Source: the human T2T-CHM13v2.0 reference genome, Homo sapiens. Taken from it: a stretch of 64,000 bases of DNA. Below the pieces are notes generated by a model that was not told the origin of the DNA, searched no databases, and saw only the letters and a list, made by a program, of their open reading frames with translations. The translations under genes and the position numbers were made by a program. Positions within the stretch are counted from its first letter, which is position 1; each line of letters opens with the position of its first letter. This document shows positions 15,906-36,118 of this stretch, piece after piece. Location of the stretch: the NCBI RefSeq assembly GCF_009914755.1, contig NC_060947.1; one strand, written 5' to 3'.

Positions 15906-17454
15906 TCACAGGCCCAGAGGCCGAGGAAGAAAAAATGGTTCCATGGGTTGGGCCTAGGGCCCTGCTGGTCTGTGCAGCTTTGAGGCATGGTACCCTGCAT
16001 CCCAGCTGCTCCAGCTTCAGCTGTGGCTAAAACGGACCAAGGTACAGCTTAGGCCATTGCTTCAGAGGTGAAAGCCCCAAGTCTTGGTGGCTTCCACATG
16101 GTATTGGGCATGCAGGTATGCAGAAGGCAAGAGTTAAGGCTTGGAAGCCTCCACCTAGATTTCAGAGGATATATGGAAACACCTGGACGTCCAGGCATAA
16201 ATCTGCTGCAGGGGCAGATGTTGGGGTGATCAGACCCAACACCAGGTCATGGGGGTGACGAAGTCTGGTGGAGTCAAAGGAATGAGAAAAGACAGTTAGA
16301 GAGAGAAACTGGGTCCAGGGGGCCAATGTGAGTATGGAGGCTGTGAAGGCCCTGAGCTCTGGAAGCCCAGACTATTTATTGGTGATCAAAGAAACAGGTG
16401 GTGAGAATGTGGGGTTGAAAGGGCGCATTGCATTAAGCACAAGATTTACAGCTGTAATGGTTTAGAATATGCTCTGCTACTTGAGATAATGGAGAGCAGG
16501 TTCTTTTAACTCAAGATACAATCAATCCTGGGAGAGCAAGGAGCAAGGAGCCAGCAAGTCTAGACACATTTCAGAGACCATGAGGGGTTTTATGCTCTGA
16601 GCCCTGGATTCTATCCAAGCCATGAGGGGTTTTGTGCTCTGAGCCCTGGATTCTATCCAAGCCATGAGGGGTTTTATGCCCTGGGCTTAGATTATGGTGC
16701 ATCAGGGTAGCCTTCCACCTTTTAGCACAGAGCTTGGTGTTCCAAAGGCCATGAGGGGTTTTAGACCCTGGACCTTGGACATGTTCCAAGACTCTTTTAC
16801 ATCATTTCAGACTTGCAAGCCCTGCCTCTGTTTCTCCCAACACTCAGCTTCTCCCAACATGCCCCCCTTTTCTTTTTTGTAAAACCGCCACAGCTCTCAT
16901 TGCTTGTTCTTGGTGGCAGCTTTCTCTTCAGAGGTGGCTTCCTCTTCAGAGGCAGCTTCCACATCTGCAGACTAAAAGGAGACAGCACAAGCACACAACC
17001 ACCAGAACAAAATCCACAAATGTAGAGCCTCCAATGGCCTTCAACTGTAAATCTTTTGGAATGGGATAAGAGTTTTTAAGGATCTCAGTTACAATATAAA
17101 TAGAGGGTGATGTCTCCCATGGTCTATTTAGTGACACAGGGAACCAAACTCCTTCCCTGGCTTTAATTATCAAGATAATTTGATTTTTATCAAAGGTTGA
17201 ATTAATGCAGGTAAACAAGCAACATTCAGAGCATGTAATAAAACGTGTATTTATATCAAGAGTAACATTTCCTATTGCTAGCACAACCTTGAATCCAAAA
17301 GGTCCTGTCGGAGAGAAAAGAAAGAGCATTTTTATCCTTCCTTGCCTCCTCCTCTCTATTCCTTTTATATTTGCCCTCTCAGATTTTGATTGGACTTTGA
17401 GCCATAGCTAATTTCCATAATTCAGAATGTTCCTGTCTGTCCCTGCAAATCTCT

Positions 17455-17800
17455 GCTAGTCTTCACTACTCTCTACTTTTGTACCTCTTTAAGGCACTGA
17501 CCAGTACCTCTTTAGGGCACTGACCTTATATTGCTAGTCTTTGCTTTTGTACCTCTTTAGGGCACAGACCAGTACCTCTTTAGGGCACTGACCTTATATT
17601 ACTAGTCTTTACTTTTGTACCTCTTTAGGGCACTGATCAGTACCTCTTTAGGGCACTGACCTTATATTGCTAGCCTTCATCTATCTCTATCTGTCCCTGT
17701 CTGTCCCTATGGTACCTGTTAGTTCCTGCAAGTTCCTGTCTTTCCCTACTTAGCTGTACTTACTTAGCTCTACTTACTTAGCTCTACTTACTTAGCTCTA
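17455..17800. repeat. Tandem repeats inside the provirus (GTACCTCTTTAGGGCACTGACC-based units and a 14-bp TACTTAGCTCTACT unit)
   Basis: Visible direct repeats at 17455-17675 and 17746-17800. Confidence 0.8.
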
Positions 17801-17802
17801 TC

Positions 17803-18735
17803 TCTTCCTGGAAACCTTTTTTATGACCCTGGATAGAGCTCAGAAATCCACCCTTTAAGCTTCAGCAAGAGATAAAACAGGGACTCTGGACCCGGCACCA
17901 GATTGAAAGGAACAGGAAGTGCTCTCCCCTCCCCAAAGCAGGAAAACCAGAGTTTGGCCTTTGCAAATTTCCACTCCACATCAGCGTCATCCTCAATTTC
18001 CTGGAGTGAACTGTTGATCATTGCAATTAACATATTTAGCAAAACAATGACCATTGTAACATCATAGACTCCATAAAGAACATAACCAATGTTTTCAATG
18101 AATTTGTGGCTATAGTTGATGACCACTGATTTCACTGCAGAAAGCACAAATGTAGCCCAGAACAGTGTCTTAAAACTCTCTTCAACTGTTGTGAAGGCTT
18201 CATTTTGTTTTACATCAATGTAGTAGGAGTAGAGGTTGAACATTCCAATCATAAAGGCCACAAACACCATAATGAATATGAGCATGAACCTGAAGATGTC
18301 TTTGACTGCTCCTCCAAGCGACGTCTGCAGAGGTCCAAAGCTTTCATTTGCTGGCAAAATACAAGCTATCCCAGAGAAACTCAAAACCACAGCAACTGCA
18401 CAAAGACCTTCAGACACCATACGAGGATCCGAGGGGTCCCACTCCCTCCTGGCCAAACTGTAGTATTTCACATTATCTCCCAATGTTACTTTTGTCAAGT
18501 CCTTCAAAGTATCACTTGCATCAGTGATGCTCTGGGCTTTGGAAGCATGCCAGAATGCCCTGAATCTTGCAATGAATGATGCTGATAAAATTGCTAACAT
18601 ACCAAAATCAAGCATGTTCCACAACTCAAACAAATATTCCTTGGGGCCTTGAGTCCAAATTTCTTTACATTCAGCCCATATCATGCCTCTGCGCTCATTA
18701 AATCTGTTTTTCTCTAGCAGAGGAAGGTTAACCAT
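17803..18735 (-). pseudogene. TRPC6P: TRPC6 processed fragment (S2-S3 region through S6, pore and TRP box); open ORF 18735-17821, 304 aa
   Basis: [30 protein letters not shown]...FKTLFWA...[17 protein letters not shown]...LPVPFNLVP matches TRPC6. It is intronless. The first 16 aa are not TRPC6 and there is a frameshift near 17830. Confidence 0.95.
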
Positions 18736-21700
18736 GAAACTGAAGCTTCAAGATGACTTTACTTGCCCAGGCTCCTTCTAAGTCCTCACTTTGTCTTCTG
18801 TTTCTCTAAATGGGGCCCTCTGAATAAACAAGCCTCAGATTCCCCTGGTCTTACCCCATGCCTCACCCTCTTCGTAATAAGTGCCTTAAGAAATTCAAGT
18901 AAGCAGAATGTTTGCTTTCACTTTGTCCCATCATTGTTAACCTGGTTCTTCCGAGTGCTAAGCTTTCCCACCGAGCTTCTTTCAGTTATCCTCGGGTGTC
19001 CTTTGACAATGCATCCTCCGCTTTCACACGCTCTAGTGTTCCTTCACCGGGATCTTTGTTGCCTCACGTTGGGCAGCCAGGAATGTTGGGGTGATCGGAC
19101 CCAACACCAGGTCATGGGAGCGATGAAGTCTGGTGGAGTCAAAGGAATGAGAAAAGACAGTTTGAGAAAGAAAGTGAGTTCAGGGGGCCATCGCTAAGTA
19201 TGGAGGCTGTGAAGGCCCCGAGCTCTGGAAGCCCAGACTATTTATTGGTGATCAAAGAAACAGGTGGTGAGAATGTGGGGTTGAAAGGGCGCATTGCATT
19301 AAGCACAAGATTTACAGCTGTGATGGTTTAGCATATGCTCTGCTACTTGAGATAATGGAGAGCAGGTTCTTTTAACTCAAGATACAATCAATCCTGGGAG
19401 AGCAAGGAGCAAGGAGCCAGCAAGTCTAGGCACATTCCAGAGGCCCCTGGGGGGTTTTGTGCCCTGAGCCCTGGATTCTATCCAAGCCACGAGGGGTTTT
19501 ATGCCCTGGGCTTAGATTATGGTGCATCAGGGTAGCCTTCTACCCTTTACCACAGAGCTTGGTGTTCCAAAGGCCACGAGGGGTTTTAGACCTTGGACCC
19601 TGGAAATGTTCCAAGACTCTGTTACATTATGTCAGACATGCAAGCCCTGCCTCAGCTTCTCTCCCAACCCTCAGCTTCTCCCAACAGGCAGAGCCCTCAT
19701 GGAGAACCTCTACTAGAGCAGTGTGAGAACCTCTACTAGAGCAGTGCAGAGGGGAAATGTGGGATTGGAATCCCCACACAGAGTCCCCAGTGGTGCACTG
19801 CCTGGTGGAGCTGTGAAAAGAGGGCCACCATTATCCAGACCTCAGAATGGTAGATCTACTGATGGCTTGCACCATGCACCTGGAAAAGCTGCAAGCAGTC
19901 AACACCAGCCCATGAAAGCAGCTGTGGGGGCTGTACCTTGCAGAACCTCAGAGGCAGAGCTGCCCAAGGCCTTGGGAGCCCATCCCTTGCATCAGTGTGG
20001 CCTGGATGTGAGACATGGAGTCACAAGAGATCATTGTGAAGCTTTAAGATTTAATCATTGCCCTGCTGGGTTTCAGACTTACATGGGGCCTGTAGCCCCG
20101 TTGTTTTGGCCAATTTCTCCCATTTGGAATGGGAACATATACCCAATGCCTGTACTCCCATTGTATCTTGAAGTAACAAACTTGTTTTTTATTTTAGAGG
20201 CTCATAGGTAAAAGGGACTTACTTTGTCTCAGATGAGACTTTGTACTGTGGATTTTTGAGTTAATGCTGAAATGAATTAAGACTTTAGGGGACTATTGGG
20301 AAGGCATGATTAGATTTGAAATGTGAGAAGGACATGAAATTTGGAAGAGGCCAGGGAAGAATGATATTATTTGCCTCTGTCCCCACCCAAATCTCATGTC
20401 AAATTGTAATCCCCATGTGTCAGGGAGGGATCTGGTGGGAGGTGATTGGATCATGGGGGCAGATTTCCTCCATGTTGTTCTTGTGATAGTGAGTTCTCCT
20501 GAGATCTAATAGTTTAAAAGTGTGGCACTTCCTGATTTGCTCTTTCTCCTGCCACCATGTAAGATGTGCCTGGTTTCCCCTTCACCTTCCATCATGATTG
20601 TAAGTTTCCTGAGGCCTCCCCAGCCGTGTGGAACTGTGCATCAATTAAACCTCTTTTCTTTATAAATTACCCAGCCTCAGGTAGTTCTTTATAGCAGTGT
20701 GAAAATGGACTAATGCAATACCCGTGAGGAAAATGAAGGACTAGCACATTGGGCCTTAATAAACATTTAAAGCTGAATAACTGGCCCCCATATCTATAAT
20801 GAACGTTACCTCTGGTTCAGTCTCAATCAGATTTGCCTGAGGCTCATCCATACAGATGGAAAAGATAGGAGCCTGGAAGGCCTCAATGTCCCATCAATCA
20901 TCTAGAGGATGACTTTCAGAGGCTTGATCATAATCCAGGAATAGAGTTAGAGGTGCTTGTCCTTGCCCTTGCCCTCATCCTTGTCCTGCATGACACCCCT
21001 GTCAGATAGGTTGGTGAGGTTGTGGCTGTAACAGCCTAGAAGGAAGAGGTGGCCCTCTCCTGAGAGAGAGAGGGACACTTACTCTTCTAATGATCCTCTT
21101 GTTTGCAATGAGGACAGGGTCCTGGGGGTAGCTTGTAATTTGGAGGTTTGGGATATTCTCTACTCTAGTGTCCTGGATTCCTGCAGCGATGATAGGCCCC
21201 CATTCTGTTAGTATTATAGGGATGAGTCTTGGGTTTATTAGCTAACGAAAAATAATGTATCAATGCCATTGCCATGTAATTCGCTTGGCAATGGCATTTT
21301 TCCTCCTCCAATTGAGCCTTTTTTTATTTTTGAGGTTGCCTCCCAGTCATTGAAAACCTTAAAGGCTGTATTTAGTAAAGTAGGGAAGGGAATGTGAGTG
21401 CCTTGCTCTAATTTTTGGAGTTTTTGTCTGATGTCTGGGGAAGCCTGACGTATAAGCTGTACAGCCAGAATGGATTGGCCCTTAGGGCTTTCAGGGTGTG
21501 AATTTGTATATTTATGCATTGCCTCCACCAGTCCAGCTTGGAAAAGGGTGGAGTTCTCAGATGGTTCCTGAGTGATTTCTTGTAACTTAGAAAAATTAAC
21601 AGGTTTTATCACAGCCTTTTTCATTCCTTCCATCAAGCACGTTATTATATAATCTCATCGGCAGATGAGATAACGTTTGTTATTGCCAATTGGGTTCTCT

Positions 21701-22599
21701 GTTGAGGACAGCTTCTGCCTCAACCCTTTTATCATTAGGATTATGAGCATGAACTTTATTTGTCTACGCTTGAGCTAAAGACCATATGTGTGATTTTTCT
21801 TTGTGGGAATGGCACGAATATGTCTTGTCAGGTTAAATCAAAGGAGTTCTTGAGTGAACTTAGAGGGATCCTGGCAAAATGAATCCAATGTGGGTTGAAT
21901 TTGTGAAAGATCAGACATTGGAAAAGGGACATGAACTCAAATTGTTCCCAAATCTCTATTTGCCATCTTGTGGACAGGCAAAACATTTTTGGGATTTTTG
22001 GAGGAATCTTAGAGTTGCATATGTGACTCCCGAGTGAGTATGTGAGGGGGATAAAGTATCTGGTTATGGGAAGGGTTGATTAGGGGATGGAGCAGATGGA
22101 GAGGTTGTAGGTGAAGCAGGAGCAGGCTGAGGAGAGTGTGGTATGCAAAAGGAAGGATCGTCTAAGACATCAGAATCAGGGGGAGAGGAAGTTCCTTGGA
22201 AGCATGTATGATAATTTTTATTTGGGGATTTGGGGATAAAGCCAAAAAGACCTCAACATGTGGGACCTCTGAATGCAAAAAAAAAGTATACACTTCTTTT
22301 TGGGAGTTTGTGGGTTAAAATGGGGTCACTTTTTAAGACTGCAACCCAAGGGCGAGTAGGAATGACTTGCCCTTGCCTGGATGACCAGGCCAGGTGTGCC
22401 CTTGTTTGAGTGGTCAACTCAAACCTAATGGGAAGGAGAACTCACCCGTAACTTGGGATATGGTGCCTCTGATGTTGAATCCAAAATTGTGTCCACAACC
22501 AGTGGAATGTGAAGAGTTGAGATTATTGTTTCCAAGGCATGGGTTACAGAGTGTTCAGTGAAAGTGGACTTGCCACCACAAATGGCTAATTATTATTTT

Positions 22600-29583
<6,984 letters not shown>

Positions 29584-30197
29584 CTAACTACTCACAGTGG
29601 CTACTTCTTGGGGGAGGTGAAAGGGGACCCTGTTAAAGAATTTTTCTTCTGTATTGTTTTTCTTCAACTGAGTCTGCATTAATTTTATATTTAATACTCT
29701 CCCCACCCCTGATGCTCACAGGTTGCTTTAGCTGGTGGAAGGAGAACCTGCACCTCTGGTTTTGGCAAAGTGTAGAAGGGGACAAGGGCACTGCTCTGCA
29801 CCTGCACAGGTTCTTGCCTCCTGGGGTCAGTTTAATGAATCTCAGTGGTGTTTCTTGGGAAGAACACAGTGGACACTCACTTGCCAGTCAGTAGACAAAT
29901 CACTGAAGTCCATGTCTGGCAGTTCTCAATGTCATGGGGACTGTAAGGTTGTCATGTCTCACAGTTCCCTGACTTAGAAGATTAGTGGTGACAGACACTT
30001 CTCAGCTCTGCTCGGGAGAGCAGCTCTGTAATGCGCTTGTGGTTTCAGATGTGGGCGGCCTGTGTGAACCTGTCGTGCAAAGCTCACGTCACCAACTGCT
30101 GCAGTTATCTCCTGAATCAGGCTGAGGGTCTTTGCTGTGCACCCAGAGATAGTTGGGTGACAAATCACCTCCAGGTTGGGGATGCCTCAGACTTGTG

Positions 30198-30225
30198 ATG
30201 GGACTGGGCAGATGCATCTGGGAAG
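30198..30225 (+). CDS. IL9R: IL9R exon 1 coding part (MGLGRCIWE-G)
   Basis: ATG at 30198; donor GAAG|gtgagt. Confidence 0.93.
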
Positions 30226-33200
30226 GTGAGTCTGTGCTTTGGGCTTCCCAACCTCTCAAGTCAGCATGAAATTCAGAAGGCAGAGAGGGACATGTGGCCC
30301 TCCAACTCGGGGCCCAGGGAGCCACTGTGGCATTTGAGAGCGCCACCCTAGCTTTACCTCCTCTGGTGTCCTGGCCTTGTGTATCTCTTAGAGATGGCAA
30401 AATTTGCAGCCCTGACCTCAAGGATTACAAACTAATTTCCAGTCCTGTAGGGGTCATGGGTTCTGCTGTGGCCAGTGTGGCACTGAGTTTGTCAGGCAGA
30501 ATTTCTAATTATGGAAGGAACTCTGCTTCCTCAGTGATTGAACTGACCTTTGTGGGGGTGCCTTTGTGGGGTGAGAATGGGCATACTTGGGCCTCAGTTG
30601 TGATGGCCATGGGGTGGAGCTGAGGTCTAGGCCCAGGGCTGGGAAAGCTTCTACCAACCCCGAGGCATTTGGGTGTTTTAGGGCAGAAGAGGAGCCAGGA
30701 GGATGGGTATGCCCCACTGGAGCTGTGTGTGGGGCAGCAGGTGAGGGTGGGATTCCAGAGGGAGGGTCAACCCAGCCAAGCAGAGGAAGGGGAGGAGAGG
30801 GTTTGTTTTGGAAAGAACATCACCCTCTCAGTTTCCTGGGGTCTGGATAGCCTGTTCTTGTGATGAGCTGGAGGATGTGGGCCCTGCTTGGATCCTCCTC
30901 TCCCCTCCCTGCCCCCATTTTCTCTTCCTGTGATTTATGCTGTTCTGGGCTCACCCTCTTCCCAGAGCTGTCACGCTACAGCTGACAGGCAGGGCAGGCG
31001 TTTTAATTATTATTAATTTTTTTTTGAGACAGAGTTTGAGACAGTATCAAGAGTGGGTATCCTCTCAGCGTGTCTTCAAGTAGCATCCCAGAGCCCCGCT
31101 CCTGGGTACCCACAACATGAACACCGTCCAGAAGCAAGGGCAGCCTCTGCAGGTGGGGCGGGGGTTGGAAAACATTTATCAAACGGTTGAGTTGGGTGCA
31201 GGGGATGCAACATGATCAAACAGGGTCTTGCCTCCAGGAGCCTCATGTAGGGACAACGCACAGTGATGACCTTCAACTGCAGTGGGGCAGCAAGGCTGTG
31301 GGAGGGGTGTTTTGGGCAGAGCAGGCGACGTGGGTACCTCTTCACCAAGACAGCAGGAAGAGCACGGACATCATTTTCCCGTCTCACCTCCAGACTCCCA
31401 GGGGACTGTGCCAATATCCTCACTCCAGCCCTGGCCCATGGCCACTGCTCAACCCTTGGGCCCTGTCAGTTCAGGGCTGTGCAGAAGGAGAGTTGCCTGT
31501 GCTCAGGCTCAGGGGTTCCGTCCAGCTAAGGAGGCCTACTAGGGGACTGGGGAAAGGCCTCATGAAGGACCAGGCCTGTGATGGGGAGGGAAGATGGCAG
31601 AGGGGACAGTGGGAAGCAGAGCAGCAGGGGTCTCCTCCACGCCTCTCTGTACTTCTCCCACCCACCCTTGCCTGCTCCCCTCTGCCCTGGGTATGTGCCC
31701 TTGTCCACCCAACACCTCTGCAGTGCCAAGTCCAGCCCTGACTTCTTCCTGAGCTGTGGCCCAGCGTTCCCACAGGCATTTACCTCACGGATGCAGCACT
31801 GCCCCTCATCCTCTTCTCTGAAAGTGTGTGGGAAATGCTTCTTGGTGCCATCTCTCTCCCACCCTGCCTTCCCTGCACCTTCTCTATGAGGTGTCTGTTG
31901 TCTCTGTACTTGCCTCCAGCTGGCCTTTCAGACCCCATCCCTCCTGCCTCCTGCCCATCCCTACCCCTGTCAGCACCTTACATACTCTGTGCCCAACAGC
32001 ATTGGGGATTCCCACTGTGCTGAAGGAAGTCCTCATGTGGTCCAGAGAGGGAGCTGGCCCCTGCTCCCATTTCCAGCACCATTTTCTGGCACAGGCTCCA
32101 TGTCCCCAGGCTCCAGCTGCTTCTGGGGTACCAAGGTCTGCATTTCTTCCTCTTCCCCCAGCAGACAGAAGACCTTGCTGGACAGGTGTCCACTTCAATA
32201 GTAACTTCTGAGGCTGCCAGCCTCCTGAATGGTCCAGAAGAACCAGACCCTTCCCCGCCCCCATTAAAAAAGACAAAATATGGCCAGGCATGTTGGCTCA
32301 TGCCTGACATCCCAGCACTTTGGGAGGCCAAAGCAGGTGAATCACTTGAGGCCAGGAGTACGAGACCAGCCTGACAAACATGGTGAAACCCTGTGTCTAC
32401 TAAAAATACAAAAATTAGCCAGGCGTGGTGACTCATGCTTGTAAATGCTTGTAATCCCAGCTACTTGGGAGGCTGAAGCAGGAGGATCACTTGAACTCGG
32501 GAGGCAGAGGTTGCAGTGAGCCGAGATCACGCCACTGTGTTCCAGCCTGAGCGACAGAGCGAGACTCCGTCTAAAAAAAAAAAAAATATATATATATACA
32601 CACATATATATATGCATAATAGTCTCTGTGTAACAGTAAGTGGATGCAGTAACTGGTGTGAGGGCAACTTGGAGAGTGTGCTTGGAGGCACAGAGATGCT
32701 CAGGGCTGCCTGGACTGCCTCCATGATGGTGGCCTGCTCTGTATTAGGTGAGTGTTCAGGAAAGGTGAGGGCAGGGCAGCCCACAGCTTCACAGTGGCCC
32801 AGGGAAGCAGGGCAGGCAGGCTATGAGGCCTAGTAGGCATCTGGGCCAGACTTTGACACTGAGGCCATGGAATGGGTGGGGCTCTGAGAACAGACCAAAG
32901 TGATCATGGGCTGAAGGCTATGTCCACAGATCCAAGGCGGGATAGGCTGTGCTGGGCAGTGATGTCAGCCAGGCTCCCCAGCGGGACTGGGGGTGTCAGG
33001 GGCAGCTCTGTCCCAGGTGGCAGACACTGGTTTCCCCTCCTGCTCTCACAACCGGCCTGTTACCAGGTGTTGTCTGAGCTGTGGTGAGGCTTCCCTGGTG
33101 ACATTCAGGAGCAGGGAGCCTGTGAGTAAGGGTGTATGCATCTGCCCTGACTGCCTGGCCCTGTGGTCAAGGATGGGGGAAGGCAGCTCTGCCTGCAGCT

Positions 33201-33845
33201 CCACCCCATTTATAAAGCACTGTGGTGCCTTCTGCTGGGGCATGTGCTGAGTGGTGCCTCGCAGGCACTGCCCTCGGGAAGTTCACAGGCTTATGTGGAA
33301 GCTGGTGGGAATGGGCCAAGAAGAGAGGTGTCAGGAGCCAGGTATTGGGCAGGTCCCAGGTCTCTGAGCCTCAGTTTCTTCATCTGTAGGAGGGTGGTGA
33401 CCCTGCCCTGCTCAGCTTACCAGGTACAGATGTAAGTTTTCAGTGCAGAGGAAAAGCAGAGAACTTCCCCTCAGATGGCCATACCCCCTTGTCGCTGTAC
33501 CCAACTCTCCGGTCCTACTTTGTAGCTCTCAGGTGTCACATGTGGATCCTGCCCTACCATCCCCCTTCCCTGTCTAGAAACGAGGCCTGCTGAGCTTGGA
33601 GCCATCCCACTCCCTGCTCTCAAGCCGTCTGCTCCTGGGTTAGCCTGTGGCTGGCCTGGCCTGATTCTACATAGATGTGGGTGTTTCTCCACTGCTGGGG
33701 CAGCAGTTGTCCATTCTGGGGCCTGGGTCAGCTCTCAGCTGTGGCCGTTGTGCCTGTGCTTCCCCAGGTCCTGGTGGTGACTCCAACCCTGCCCTCACAT
33801 ATCCCAAGAGCAGGCTGACTGCCTTCCCCATTCCCACCTTTCCAG

Positions 33846-33946
33846 TAACTGCTGCAAGAACGGACAGACACTGCTGCAGAGAACTTGCCACGGTGTTTCA
33901 TGCTGTGGCTGGTGGTTCCAGGCTGCACGCTCCATTCTAGGAAAGG
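33846..33946 (+). CDS. IL9R: IL9R alternative exon in intron 1 (alternative N-terminus)
   Basis: Acceptor tttccag| and donor AAGG|gtgagg. In frame with ATG 30182 and the alternative acceptor at 35324. Confidence 0.65.
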
Positions 33947-34467
33947 GTGAGGCTTCCTGATCATCAGTCTTAACAGGGGACTGTCCTATGGGTACCTGTA
34001 TACGCTGCCGGGAGTGGGGCAGAGTGGGGTTAGAGTAGTGCCTGCTGCCCATTGGGGTTGTGCGGGTTCCTTAAGGGCTGTAGTCTGTGTGCGTGTCTGG
34101 TTTTTTCCTCCTCCTTATCAGTAATCAGTCTTGTATAACCAGGCTGGCCCTGCTTCCTGCCTAGGGGCTATCGGTGTACCATCTGGAGTTGCAAATGGGG
34201 TGATAGGGCGTCAGCGGCCTTCCCACACCCAAGCACTTCCTGACACCCAGCCCCTCATCTCTAGCCAACCTCTGGCTCCCCTAGGGATCCTGGGGCTCAG
34301 GCCTCACGCTCCAGCATCCGGGGGCTTTGCCCTTCTGGTGTTGCTCTTCTTTGCAGGTGCCTTGGAACAGGGGTGCAACAGAGTTCAGAAAGTGCCATCT
34401 GTTGCATGGATACCCTGCTGCCACCCTCGTCCACCTTTCTGGGGCAGAACAGTTGGATGGGTCTTTA

Positions 34468-34787
<320 letters not shown>

Positions 34788-35347
34788 TCAAAAAAAAAAA
34801 TTTGCTTAGAATTTGTCTGTGTGACCCTGGGCAAGTCATTTCCCCTCCTTGGGACTCAGTTCCTTGCCTGTGAACGGGGACAGTGCTTCTCCCTTACAGA
34901 GCTGTTGTGAGAATTAAAGTAGAAAATGTACCTATGGTGGTTGTTGGTAGTGACCAGTTCCCCCAACCCTGACTCCCCTGCAGGATGGGGCCTGGGCCCG
35001 GGAATGGGGGATGGGCTGGCAGAGGATGACTGTCCCAGAGAGGAGTCTTCTCGGCAGATGTGGAGACCTAGCTGAGTCAGAGGCCAGGATCTAAGTTTGA
35101 GGGTGTTCCTTACACCCTGCAGCCATGAGTCTTTGGCTGAGTCAAATGGCCTTTCTGAGCTCAGTTCCTTATCAGTAAAGCCTGGACAGTGGTCCAGGAC
35201 GCTGGACACTGTGTGAGTGTTAGGACACAGGACACTGTGTGAGTGCAGGTGGGGACCCATGGAGCACTCTGCTGGGGAGCAATTCATGGGGAGCACCCCT
35301 CCAGAGAGGGATGATTTGCACAGGGCCCTCAGCCCAGTCCCTTGCAG

Positions 35348-35461
35348 GCTGGACCTTGGAGAGTGAGGCCCTGAGGCGAGACATGGGCACCTGGCTCCTG
35401 GCCTGCATCTGCATCTGCACCTGTGTCTGCTTGGGAGTCTCTGTCACAGGGGAAGGACAAG
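35348..35461 (+). CDS. IL9R: IL9R exon 2 (signal peptide)
   Basis: ttgcag|GCTGGACC...GGACAAG|gtgagg; encodes WTLESEALRRDMGTWLLACICICTCVCLGVSVTGEGQ. Confidence 0.95.
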
Positions 35462-35890
35462 GTGAGGGCTGGGCACTAATGTCTGTATGAGGTGGGTGGA
35501 GAACTAGGGCATGTTTGGGGGACTGGGTTGTCCGATGTCAAGCCTCTAGGGAAAGGTTTGGCCCAAACTGTGCTGGGGCATGTCCTCTAGGGGTCAGCCT
35601 GGACCTCAGTCTCTAGTCTCCCTACTTTTACCTCCCTACCTTCATTCCCTGGACCGACTGTAGTCTCCCTTCCTTCACTCTCTTGACGCCTCTCCAGATC
35701 TGACTTGCCCGTGTACCACAGGTCAGAGCCCATCACTTCCCAGGCCTCCCAGTGCTTCCCTGGACAGATTCTGGGATCATTTACTGGTGACTGCCCTGCT
35801 AGGGTGTCAGCTGTCAGATCCTCCCCAACCCCCGAGCTCAGCTCTGGCCTGAAGTACTTACCGTGGGCTCCTGATGGTCACTGTCTCCAG

Positions 35891-36002
35891 GGCCAAGGTC
35901 TAGAACCTTCACCTGCCTCACCAACAACATTCTCAGGATCGATTGCCACTGGTCTGCCCCAGAGCTGGGACAGGGCTCCAGCCCCTGGCTCCTCTTCACC
36001 AG
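35891..36002 (+). CDS. IL9R: IL9R exon 3
   Basis: Encodes PRSRTFTCLTNNILRIDCHWSAPELGQGSSPWLLFT, with the conserved cytokine-receptor C..CHW pattern. Confidence 0.95.
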
Positions 36003-36118
36003 GTGAGCATGGAGGGCCATGCCCACCTGGACAGGGATGAGGGTGAGTTCCCCAGGATTGAAGCAGCTATGCCAGGACAGTGTAGCAGCCCCGTGGTGCT
36101 GACAAATGCCCTTTCCAG

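Larger units (their letters stand above)
16219..19686 (-). mobile_element. HERV-K14 (HML-1, LTR14B-like) deleted provirus carrying a TRPC6 cDNA fragment
   Basis: LTRs at 16219-16859 and 19084-19686. Perfect 6-bp target-site duplication GGCAGA (16213-16218 / 19687-19692). PBS-Lys TGGCTGCCCAACGTGAGGC at 19079-19061, polypurine tract 16860-16878, and a betaretroviral env remnant 16946-17305. Confidence 0.9.
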
